Assembly: GCA_039680575.1 (NCBI GenBank)
Contig: JBDKSP010000081.1
Span: forward strand, 1 to 28,107
Source: Armatimonadota bacterium
GTDB taxonomy: Bacteria; Armatimonadota; UBA5829; DTLH01
Direction: 5' to 3'
Length of the DNA stretch: 28,107 nt
Each line of letters starts with the position of its first letter. Within the stretch, counting starts at the first letter, position 1. A program made the position numbers and the translations under genes. The notes beneath the pieces are model-generated. The model did no database searches, had not been told where the DNA came from, and saw nothing but the letters and a program-made list of their open reading frames with translations. Shown here piece by piece: positions 1 to 8,236 of the stretch.

Positions 1-98
1 CCCGCAAGATAGCCCGAACTGCCTGGTCGGTATATACACATAAGACAGTGTTTGAGGCAGAAAGACTACTTGTGGGCTTGACATAAAGCATAGAATCT
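1..98 (+). mobile_element. Probable IS110-family element: transposase C-terminus (frame 3, codons 3..86) and short right end, truncated by the window edge
   Basis: Frame 3 reads RKIARTAWSVYTHKTVFEAERLLVGLT* (TAA 84-86), resembling the 'ARK(L/I)AR..W' terminal helix of IS110 (DEDD) recombinases. TTGACA (78-83) overlaps the last codons and is followed by TAAAGCATAGAAT-CT (CT at 97-98), as expected for a right end carrying the -35 half of a junction promoter. Only 27 aa are visible. Confidence 0.6.
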
Positions 99-233
99 TC
101 GGGACCGCAGTTCGTCCCGAAGCACGAGTCTCCACCAATCCCCTTTCGCGCACTTCGCGATTCAGAATCTTTGGTACCGCTTCGAAATAAGACGCGTTTG
201 CCATTCGACATGAAGCCGGATTTAAAGGTTGAG

Positions 234-275
234 CTGCCTGATCCTTTCAGGTTTGAGGATGGGGGCAGGGTTTTT
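234..275 (+). terminator. Possible intrinsic terminator or hairpin
   Basis: CTGCCT-g-ATCCT...AGGAT-gg-GGGCAG imperfect stem (234-268) followed by GGTTTTT, just beyond the AraC stop codon. Confidence 0.35.
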
Positions 276-288
276 ACAGCGCCGGGCT

Positions 289-1050
289 CTATTTTGACTG
301 CCGAAACTGGCTCGGAGCAAGGCCGGTGAGCTGGCGAAACTGCCTGCTGAAAAAGTACACATCACGATAACCCAAACGTTCAGCTACAGTCTTAAGCGGA
401 AGTTCGGTGTGTATAAGCAGTTCACATGCTGCGCTGATCCGCCTGCGTAAAAGATATGTGTGTATGGGAACTCCCACGAAAGCTCTGAACCGGCGGCGAA
501 GCGTGCTTACCGACATACAGTGTTCCTCGGCCAAAGCTGAGTAGTCCGGCTGATTTTCGACCGTGTTATTCAGCCGGTCGATCAAAGTCTGCAGCCACAC
601 AGGGCGGTCTATCATCTCATCACGAGCCTTCGCCAGATCGAGGATAATCCGTTCCAGCTCATTTGCAGCGGAAAGAACGGCCAGCCGGTTACCAGCGTCT
701 ATCAAAGAGTGTAGATGGTCTATGCGTGCTCCGAATTCCGCCGAAGGCTGTATTCTGTGCGGCGAGAACGGCAAAAGCCCTTCATCTACCCAACCGTCCA
801 CTCTCGATCCTCGAAAGGTAACGAAACGGTGCGACCAGAAACCGTGTTGTTTTGATGGACGGTATACGAAATGCGGACCGGGGTATGTACACCAGACCCA
901 TTGCCCGTCCAGACTGTAATGCCAGTCATCTATCGACAGATCTACGCCTCCTCTGTCGACGAATTGCAGGCCGTAATATCCAGCGAAGACGCGGTCTATG
1001 GTAAATCTGTAATCGGGGAATGAATTGGATGCAAGAAACTCCAAAGACAT
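289..1050 (-). CDS. AraC/XylS-family transcriptional regulator (~253 aa)
   Basis: C-terminal double HTH: LAEEHCMSVSTLRRRFR...LKTVAERLGYRDVYFFSRQFRQLTGLAPSQFR. Start placed at ATG 1050 (MSLEF) rather than ORF-track 1179 because of the promoter position. Confidence 0.93.
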   Translation of the reverse strand: MSLEFLASNSFPDYRFTIDRVFAGYYGLQFVDRGGVDLSIDDWHYSLDGQWVWCTYPGPHFVYRPSKQHGFWSHRFVTFRGSRVDGWVDEGLLPFSPHRIQPSAEFGARIDHLHSLIDAGNRLAVLSAANELERIILDLAKARDEMIDRPVWLQTLIDRLNNTVENQPDYSALAEEHCMSVSTLRRRFRAFVGVPIHTYLLRRRISAACELLIHTELPLKTVAERLGYRDVYFFSRQFRQLTGLAPSQFRQSK

Positions 1051-1056
1051 GCACAT

Positions 1057-1085
1057 ATAATACAAAACATTAGGCAGGATGTCCA
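1057..1085 (-). promoter_or_regulatory. Sigma70-type promoter of the AraC gene (likely leaderless)
   Basis: Minus strand TGGACA (1085-1080), 17 bp, TATTAT (1062-1057), 6 nt, ATG (1050). No Shine-Dalgarno. Confidence 0.6.
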
Positions 1086-1196
1086 TTGCAGGCGGCGAAA
1101 TGTGCCTGTATATTGGATGTACCGGACGCCGTGCTGGTGTTCTCGAATGAACGTATTGTCCGATGCAAACCATCAGCAAACGAAAGGGCTGGAAGA

Positions 1197-1967
1197 ATGA
1201 GCGAAATGGTCGTTGGAATCAATTTATTTACCCTGCACGAACAGTGCAAAGACTTGGCTGGGTTGAAGTATACGCTGGTCAGACTAAAAGAGATTGGGTA
1301 TTCGTGCGTTCAGGTGTCGGGGGTTTCGCTGGAACCGGAAGTTATAGCTGAAACACTTAAAGAGACCGGCATGAAGTGCGCTGCCACTCACATGGGATGG
1401 CCGCAGCTCCGTGACACTACCGAAAGGGCTATAGAGATCCACAAAATGTACGATTGCCGCCATACCGCGATAGGAATGCTGCCGCAGGAGTATTTACGGG
1501 GAGTATCAGGGATAGACCGATTCTCAAGAGAAATCCCTGTCCCTGCTCAAAAACTTGCGGATGCGGGAATTACGCTCTCTTACCACAACCACCACATAGA
1601 GTTTACCAAAGTAGGCGGCAAGACATGGCTTGAAACCCTTTACGATACAATCGATCCTAAATATCTGAACGCGGAAATCGATACCTATTGGGCACAGACT
1701 GGCGGCGGCGACCCGGTGCTCTGGATACGCAGGATGGCAGGCAGGGAGCCGCTCTTGCACGTTAAGGACAAGGTTGTCACGTTCTCCGGCGAGCAGCGCT
1801 TTGCCGAGATCGGCATGGGTAATCTGAACTGGCCGGAGATCATCAGAGCGGCGGAGGAGTCGGGAGTCGAATACGTCCTTGTCGAGCAGGACTCGATGTA
1901 TGACCGCGATCCGTTCGAAGCGGTCAAGATCAGCTATGATTACCTCGCTTCCATGGGGTTATCCTGA
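1197..1967 (+). CDS. Sugar phosphate isomerase/epimerase (IolE/AP-endonuclease-2 TIM barrel)
   Basis: Motifs LSYHNHHIEF, AEIDTYW, LHVKD, VEQD. Start at ATG 1197 (MSEMVVG) after a purine-rich tract. Confidence 0.9.
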   Translation: MSEMVVGINLFTLHEQCKDLAGLKYTLVRLKEIGYSCVQVSGVSLEPEVIAETLKETGMKCAATHMGWPQLRDTTERAIEIHKMYDCRHTAIGMLPQEYLRGVSGIDRFSREIPVPAQKLADAGITLSYHNHHIEFTKVGGKTWLETLYDTIDPKYLNAEIDTYWAQTGGGDPVLWIRRMAGREPLLHVKDKVVTFSGEQRFAEIGMGNLNWPEIIRAAEESGVEYVLVEQDSMYDRDPFEAVKISYDYLASMGLS

Positions 1968-1968
1968 A

Positions 1969-3042
1969 ATGGACAGGATGTTGAAGAACGCACCTGTAAG
2001 AATAGGAATTGTCGGCATTGGCCGCGCCGGTTGGGGCATGCACTGCGAGGAACTCCGGGGTAAGGAGCCGATGTTTGAAATCGTGGCAGCCTGCGATCTG
2101 ATAGAGGAACGGCGCCGCAAAATGGCCGAAAGGTTCGGTTGTTCTACCTACTCGCGCATAGAGGACCTCATCGCTGATCCGCAGGTAGAGCTGGTGGACA
2201 TTGCCACCATGTCATGCGATCACTTCGCGCATGCGAAGATGGCGCTCGAGGCAGGGAAAGACGTTTTTCTCGAAAAGCCGATGTGCACCAACTGCGAAGA
2301 TGCTCAGGCACTGGTTGATATTGCCGCTTCCTCAAATGGCAAGCTGTATATCCGCCATAACCGGCGTTTTGAACCGGGTTTTCAGCATATTAAGGAAATA
2401 ATCGCATCCGGTATTCTCGGCGATGTGTTCGAGATAAAACTGCGCAGGGTATCTTTCCAACGCAGGGACGACTGGCAGACCCTGAAGGAGTTAGGCGGAG
2501 GCCAACTGCTGAACTGGGGGCCTCATATTATAGACCATGCACTGAGGTTTCTCGAATCGCCAATGAAGTCAATGTGGAGCGATCTGAAACTCGTAGCTGC
2601 CGCGGGCGATGCCGAAGACCACCTGAAGATAATTCTTACCGGCGAAAACGGGCGCATGGTTGATCTCGAGATAAGCGGCGGCGCGGCAATCGGCGAACCA
2701 GTCTATCTGATATGGGGTACGCGCGGCGCGCTGTCTTGTGACGATCAGAGCATTACACTTCGTTACCTTGACCCGGACCAGCAGCTTTCCAAGCGCGTTG
2801 CAGATCCTGGGACACCGGGAACCGACTCTTTCGGCGCGCCGGAGACTCTCAGTTGGATAGAGAAGACCATCTCTATTGGTCCTAAGGAAAAAGTGGATAT
2901 GACAAGCATCTGGGATGCGCTGTACCGCTCGATCCGAAATGGCGAACCGTTCCCGATCAAACTGGAAGAGGCAGTCGAGGTGATGAAAGTAATCTCGGAC
3001 GCGAGGGCAGCATCCGGCAGTCTATCAGTAGGGAACAGGTGA
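1969..3042 (+). CDS. Gfo/Idh/MocA-family oxidoreductase
   Basis: Rossmann IGIVGIGRAG, HFAHAKMALEAGKDVFLEKP, HNRRF, GGGQLLNWGPHIID. ATG 1969 lies 1 nt after the upstream stop (alternative start 1978). Confidence 0.93.
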   Translation: MDRMLKNAPVRIGIVGIGRAGWGMHCEELRGKEPMFEIVAACDLIEERRRKMAERFGCSTYSRIEDLIADPQVELVDIATMSCDHFAHAKMALEAGKDVFLEKPMCTNCEDAQALVDIAASSNGKLYIRHNRRFEPGFQHIKEIIASGILGDVFEIKLRRVSFQRRDDWQTLKELGGGQLLNWGPHIIDHALRFLESPMKSMWSDLKLVAAAGDAEDHLKIILTGENGRMVDLEISGGAAIGEPVYLIWGTRGALSCDDQSITLRYLDPDQQLSKRVADPGTPGTDSFGAPETLSWIEKTISIGPKEKVDMTSIWDALYRSIRNGEPFPIKLEEAVEVMKVISDARAASGSLSVGNR

Positions 3043-3078
3043 CAAAGAATAGGGAATAGAAGGGATGAGAGTCCTGAT

Positions 3079-3112
3079 GGCCCTGGGGATCCATGCCCAG
3101 GGCCTGTTTCTT
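3079..3112 (+). terminator. Intrinsic terminator between convergent genes
   Basis: Perfect 9-bp stem GGCCCTGGG (3079-3087)/CCCAGGGCC (3096-3104) followed by TGTTTCTT. Confidence 0.7.
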
Positions 3113-3139
3113 GGACATCCATGTCCCATGACCTTGTAT

Positions 3140-4822
3140 TCAACACACTCCGCAGCGGGTGCATGACCCGATGTTGCAGCAGGTCGTCAACTGCTCCTCA
3201 AGCGCACGCATGAACTCTTTCCTGAGATAATCTTTCTTTATAAGCAGGTCTATGTGGTCCCAGGGGAGGATTTCGTTCTCTCCACGCGGGCGGGATGCAT
3301 AGAAACCTGTATCGATTCCCGCCTCAGATGCCGCTTTTGCGTAATTGGACCCTTCCGCTGCCGCCGCTGCGATTATTTTGCCCATCCTGCGGTCGCCGCG
3401 GGCAAGCCATGCCTGTACATGAGCCGACCTGGGGCTCTCTGACGAGAGTTCGATCCGTTTTTCGCCTTTCAGAGCGTTTTTTATCCGCTTCAGGCTGTTC
3501 GACAGCTCTTTTTCGGGGGTCATTCCGCACCACTGGAATGGCGTCCACGGTTTCGGCACGTAGCAGCTTGCGGAAATCTGTAATCTCAGTGACGGATAAT
3601 TTTTGGCAATCTTCCTGGCAAGCATTGGTATGGCGTCGACGTCCTCAGGTGTTTCTCCAGGCAGTCCCACCATAAAATAGAGCTTCAGTCTGGAAAATCC
3701 CGCTTCGGAGGCCATCCGTGCGGCATCCATGATCTCGTCGTCGGTTATCGGCTTGTTGATGATCCATCTAAGCCGCTCGGTACCGGCTTCGGGAGCTATC
3801 GTCAAGGTGCGCTGTCCGCCTTTATACATCATCCGTGCGAGATCATCAGAAAGGCTTTCGATTCGAGTGGATGAGATGGAAAACTCTCTGCCTTCGCTCG
3901 TAAGTGACTCGCAAATGGCGTGCGCTTCAGGATGATCGAATACGGATGACCCTACAAGTCCGACCCTCGCGCCTTCGGGAAGCTCTCCGATCTGCCGTGG
4001 CCTCGGCGGAAGCCCCATGTGACCGGCAACGCAGAACCGGCAGTGCCGTTTACACCCGCGCATTGCCTCGGCAAGCAGCATATCCGAAAACTCCGCGTCC
4101 GGCGTAAGAACGATTGCCTGGTTCGGGTAGCGCTCCAGATTGTGAACGATCCGTTTTGTGACTTTCTGTGGGGCAGGGGAGCGGACTTCCATTCCCGCGA
4201 TTGTACCGTCAGGGTTGTAGCTCGGTGTATAGAACCTCGGAACATAGACGCCGGGAATCTCAGCAAGTTTAGCGAGCAGATCATCTCTGTCGAGCCCGCC
4301 TGAATCTTCCAGAACCCGGACAATATCATCGGTAACCTCTTCGCCATCGCCTATCACGAAGGCATCTATGATCTCCGCAAGCGGTTCCGGGTTAAAAGTA
4401 GCGCAGGGACCTCCCGCGATTATCAACGGATGGCTTTCATTCCTCTCAGAAGCAAAAACCGGCAGTCCTGCGAGTTCGATTATCTTGACTATATTCACAT
4501 AATCGAGTTCATAGGAGATCGAGAAGGCCATTACGTCGAAGTCCGCGAGGGATGTCTGTGATTCCAGGCTGAAAAGCCGTGTGCGCGAGCGTATGAACTC
4601 GCGTTGGTCGGCAGGTTCCGGTAGAAACACGCGCTCACAGACCGCGCCTGGCAGGGCGTTGAGTATCCTGTAGATGATCTGGAACCCAAGCGCGGACATA
4701 CCGAGCTTGTATGGCCCCGGAAACGCAAGCGCGAACTTTAGTTTTCCCTCAAGCGGCGAGTAGATGGTCCCGGTCTCCCGCTCAAGAAGCTTTTTCGCTT
4801 TTTCAATCAGTATTCTAGACAT
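3140..4822 (-). CDS. Radical SAM protein with B12-binding-like N-terminal region and Cys-rich C-terminus (TIGR03960-like)
   Basis: CxxxCxxC as RGCKRHCRFC, GGPCATFNPEPLA, IGDGEE, TIAPEAGTERLR, KLYFMVGLPGET, PKPWTPFQW, ILPWDHI and terminal CCNIGSCTRCGVC. Confidence 0.88.
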   Translation of the reverse strand: MSRILIEKAKKLLERETGTIYSPLEGKLKFALAFPGPYKLGMSALGFQIIYRILNALPGAVCERVFLPEPADQREFIRSRTRLFSLESQTSLADFDVMAFSISYELDYVNIVKIIELAGLPVFASERNESHPLIIAGGPCATFNPEPLAEIIDAFVIGDGEEVTDDIVRVLEDSGGLDRDDLLAKLAEIPGVYVPRFYTPSYNPDGTIAGMEVRSPAPQKVTKRIVHNLERYPNQAIVLTPDAEFSDMLLAEAMRGCKRHCRFCVAGHMGLPPRPRQIGELPEGARVGLVGSSVFDHPEAHAICESLTSEGREFSISSTRIESLSDDLARMMYKGGQRTLTIAPEAGTERLRWIINKPITDDEIMDAARMASEAGFSRLKLYFMVGLPGETPEDVDAIPMLARKIAKNYPSLRLQISASCYVPKPWTPFQWCGMTPEKELSNSLKRIKNALKGEKRIELSSESPRSAHVQAWLARGDRRMGKIIAAAAAEGSNYAKAASEAGIDTGFYASRPRGENEILPWDHIDLLIKKDYLRKEFMRALEEQLTTCCNIGSCTRCGVC

Positions 4823-4832
4823 GTCTGGCTAC

Positions 4833-4861
4833 ATGTTATCTGAAAACATATCCGGCGGCAA
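4833..4861 (-). promoter_or_regulatory. Putative sigma70 promoter of the radical SAM gene
   Basis: TTGCCG (4861-4856), 17 bp, TAACAT (4838-4833), 10 nt before the ATG. No SD. Confidence 0.45.
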
Positions 4862-4951
4862 ATCTGATCACACATGCGGTGTTTCAGATTCGATATATCG
4901 TGCGATAAGGTCTATTGGAGCGCTGAAATACTCGAAAGAAGGTGAACATAC

Positions 4952-5482
4952 ATGGTCGAGACTATTGAGACTATTCGTCAGAGAAGAAGTATCCGGGCAT
5001 ATAAATCCGATCCTGTGAGCGAATCGGACTTAAGAGAAATAGTCGCGGCTGGGTTCTGCGCGCCGGCTGCGCAGGGCAAACGGGCTGTGCATATAATTGT
5101 TGTGAGAGATTCCGATAAACGTTGGCAGCTTGCCCAGATCAACCAATGGAGCAGGTATCTGGTGCAAGCTCCGGCCATAATAGCGGTGTGCGTGGACAAA
5201 GATGCGGCTGGAGACTTCTGGGTAGATGATGGTTCAGCATTTATGGAAAATCTTATGCTTGCAGCCCGCTCAAAGGGGCTCGGTACATGCTGGATTGGGA
5301 TCCACGACGCGATTTATGACGGAACCGACTCCGAACATACTGTTCGGGACATACTGAACGTACCGGCGAACATGCGGATACTCGCGCTCACTCCCGTGGG
5401 CTATCCGGCGGAAGAGAAACCTGCGAAAGATTTGGAATTTCCGGAGAAAAATGTCCATTGGGATACCTTTGACAACCAATGA
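4952..5482 (+). CDS. Nitroreductase-family flavoprotein
   Basis: IRQRRSIRAY, ENLMLAARSKGLGTCWIG, VGYPAE. SD-like GAAGGTG upstream. Confidence 0.92.
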   Translation: MVETIETIRQRRSIRAYKSDPVSESDLREIVAAGFCAPAAQGKRAVHIIVVRDSDKRWQLAQINQWSRYLVQAPAIIAVCVDKDAAGDFWVDDGSAFMENLMLAARSKGLGTCWIGIHDAIYDGTDSEHTVRDILNVPANMRILALTPVGYPAEEKPAKDLEFPEKNVHWDTFDNQ

Positions 5483-5496
5483 ACTGAGTTGAAGAT

Positions 5497-5560
5497 ATGC
5501 TGCGGGAATTAAGCTGGATGGTTGCTGTGCGAACATCGATATCTTCCATTCCCGCAGCAT
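5497..5560. repeat. 13-bp perfect inverted repeat between convergent genes (possible bidirectional terminator)
   Basis: ATGCTGCGGGAAT (5497-5509)/ATTCCCGCAGCAT (5548-5560). Confidence 0.7.
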
Positions 5561-5567
5561 GAATCCT

Positions 5568-8102
5568 CTATTTGTGCTGATTCAGTTCCATCTTGTCGAA
5601 ATTATCTCTCAGCAGCCGGAGTTCGTGTTTTTGCGTCTCGGTTGCGAATCCGTCGCAGAGATAATCGGACCAGATGATCCCCGGTGCTCCTCCTTCCTCA
5701 TAGGTTGCCTTCCACCAGGGGTAAGCAGCAAGCAGGCAGTGTATCATCATACCTTTACGGGGTTTGTCCAGGTTGTAATTCCGCTCATACTCGCGGCCAT
5801 AATAAGGGTTCAGCAGAATATCGCGCATGTGGTCGAACTGTGGCAGGTAAATAGGGATGATACCGTCCGATACCATTTCGCGCATAGCTTCGCGCCACTC
5901 AGCTTCTGTATAGGGTAAGGTCGTATAATCGCTGTGGTATTTGACTACGCCGGTGCTCTTCAATACATCGTGCTCCAGAGCGTTCTGCCTTTGAGCATAA
6001 TAGACATGGCGCCAGTGCATATCGTTCGATTTTGGATCGCCTGCTACTGCCAGATTAGCTCCTTCGGTCCTTAAGGCAATGTCGGCATTAGGGATTTCTT
6101 TCCGTATAAGCGCAGCCGCCTTTTTATAGATAGCTACTCTAAGCTCTGTGCGGAACATATCCCAGTCCGCGATGGCAGCATTCCAGTCGTGGAAGACATG
6201 GTCAGGTTTATTGTATACCGGCTCATGTGAGAGATTATCTCCCTCGACACCCTGGTCTTCCTGAGGGTCTATCTCGTCAAAACTTGTATAATTCGAGCCC
6301 CATGCCTTGTTTACGCCCTCAATGGAGCTATATTTTGTCTTGACCCAATCCCTGAATTTATTAAGAGCCAGAGGGCCGAGCAGATAGCGGAGATTGGTAT
6401 CATCTCTCAGCCATCCCCAGGTGTCTTCTATCTCTACCGGCACACGCCCGTCTTTGGCCGTGAACCAGTAATCTCCCCAGCGCTTGTGGTTATATACCGC
6501 CCAGGCTGCAATGACTTCCGGCACCAATGGATTGCCCAGGTCGACGGAAATGCGCTCCGTGTGGGAGTAACCTTTGCTTGTAGTGGAATAATTGATTTTC
6601 CTGCCGAGAAGCGGTTCGACATTGTTGTACCAGTTCGTGCTTGATGGCGGGTATACGCTCCAGCCCAGCACTTTCATCTGGAACCGGCGCATAAGCTCGT
6701 CATACCAATACTTGTAGCACGCGCTGTGAAGATCTATACTTTTCCGGCCTGTTAACTCCCTGAGCCACCAGCCGCCTGAGGTGTTCGAGATGACATTTAC
6801 ACCGAGGCCTTTCATCTCTTTGAGCTCATCAGCCATATGTTTCTCCGGGAACGGCCCAAGTTGAAACCCTGAGCGCATGGCTGGCATAGCCTGAGCTATG
6901 ATTACAGGCTCTTCTCTGCCGTTTTTGTTCAGCACCATCACGTTCTTCGGGTTATATTTGACGCGGAGCGTCTCATCTGTGATTTTGATCGGGATCTTCG
7001 CGACTGCGATTTCTCTGGGGTCAGTCAGTATTAACTTTACGGCGACATTCTTCGTCCAGGGCGCAACCTGAAGATAGAGCGTTTTTTCTTGATGGGTGCT
7101 CTCGCTGGCTCCTTTGTATACATTGAACGAGGTCATGAACTCTTCGAAAGTGTCCAGGTAACCCGGCATCTTCTCACTTGTATCGGTCATCGTGAACGTT
7201 GAGTCGACAGGAGCGCTGCTTCCGGTTTTTGTAACCTTGATCGGGACTTTCAAAAGTGCGAACTCGCGTCCGCCCCAGATATTTGTGCCCCATTCATACG
7301 TGTGGTGGTATCTGTAGAGCATCTGGAAGTCGATCCTATATGATCCTTCGATTAAACCACGGTTGTAGCTGCCGAAATCCGGCACAAAGAAGTTGACCCA
7401 CTGTTCCACTGACTCGCCAGGGTAGATATAGTTGATCTGCCGCTCGAAGAAATTGACGGTATGTGCCGACCACAGCTCTTTCCCGTCTTTGTCCAGCGCT
7501 TTCAAGACCGGCGATGCGAAACTTGCGCCAAAACCTTCCGGGTCGAGTATTGTGTCACCCGTATTTGTGATGCGGAACTTGAACCAGACGATTCCGGCTT
7601 TTCGTATATCGGATGAACACACCATTGCATCACGTTTATAAGGAGGAAAAGGGCTGATTGGGCTTTTTGCGTCAGGTGTGAGTGGTATGTAATTGTCCCG
7701 TTCGTAATCAGCTGAGACATTGCCCAGATATTCGATCTTTATGCCCATATTACCGGGGATTGCGAGGTCGTAGATGGCTTTGTCTCCAGCTTTTTCGGGG
7801 TCTTCGAAAGCTGCCGCCTCAACTGCCGCCCATCTTGCTCCGGCAGGTTGGGCGAGGGTGTAATTGATCGGAATAACATCATACGCGCGTGCTGTTTCCG
7901 GTATAGAGAATGCCAGCTTATAGTTTCCAATGTTCATCTGGCCGCTTTTGAGCTTTGCGTTTTTATAAATATCGAGCTGCCCGGACTTACGTGCAGCGTC
8001 TGAAAGTGCAGTATAGCTCACAGCAGGCTTGTCTTCTGCAAAGAGTGCCAGATGTGCGAGAATCAATAAAACTATAGCGAGACAAAAAGAGAACATTCTC
8101 AA
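5568..8102 (-). CDS. Large secreted protein with C-terminal GH42/beta-galactosidase-like TIM-barrel domain
   Basis: N-terminal hydrophobic signal peptide (RMFSFCLAIVLLILAHLALFA-ED). FRDWVKTKYSSIEGVNKAWGSNYTSFDEI and DWDMFR resemble GH42 segments. GGAGG SD points to TTG 8102 (ORF track starts at 8117). The CDS is secure and the function tentative. Confidence 0.7.
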   Translation of the reverse strand: MRMFSFCLAIVLLILAHLALFAEDKPAVSYTALSDAARKSGQLDIYKNAKLKSGQMNIGNYKLAFSIPETARAYDVIPINYTLAQPAGARWAAVEAAAFEDPEKAGDKAIYDLAIPGNMGIKIEYLGNVSADYERDNYIPLTPDAKSPISPFPPYKRDAMVCSSDIRKAGIVWFKFRITNTGDTILDPEGFGASFASPVLKALDKDGKELWSAHTVNFFERQINYIYPGESVEQWVNFFVPDFGSYNRGLIEGSYRIDFQMLYRYHHTYEWGTNIWGGREFALLKVPIKVTKTGSSAPVDSTFTMTDTSEKMPGYLDTFEEFMTSFNVYKGASESTHQEKTLYLQVAPWTKNVAVKLILTDPREIAVAKIPIKITDETLRVKYNPKNVMVLNKNGREEPVIIAQAMPAMRSGFQLGPFPEKHMADELKEMKGLGVNVISNTSGGWWLRELTGRKSIDLHSACYKYWYDELMRRFQMKVLGWSVYPPSSTNWYNNVEPLLGRKINYSTTSKGYSHTERISVDLGNPLVPEVIAAWAVYNHKRWGDYWFTAKDGRVPVEIEDTWGWLRDDTNLRYLLGPLALNKFRDWVKTKYSSIEGVNKAWGSNYTSFDEIDPQEDQGVEGDNLSHEPVYNKPDHVFHDWNAAIADWDMFRTELRVAIYKKAAALIRKEIPNADIALRTEGANLAVAGDPKSNDMHWRHVYYAQRQNALEHDVLKSTGVVKYHSDYTTLPYTEAEWREAMREMVSDGIIPIYLPQFDHMRDILLNPYYGREYERNYNLDKPRKGMMIHCLLAAYPWWKATYEEGGAPGIIWSDYLCDGFATETQKHELRLLRDNFDKMELNQHK

Positions 8103-8236
8103 TAGTATTTCCTCCATCCATGCTTATAATACTACTTTGATCAGCGTTGATGCTACGCCAACAAAAGCACTCTTTTGCTTTTGTCCCTCGTATGCTAGAA
8201 TTGCATTGTTTTTATACTATTTATGGGGAGCCAGAT

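Noticed and set aside
98..137. GGACCGCAGTTCG...GTCTCCACCA resembles a tmRNA or tRNA 3' end (possible att remnant)
   Set aside because: The T-stem does not pair (CGCAG has no CTGCG partner) and the spacing between GTTC and CTCCACCA is 4 nt longer than canonical.
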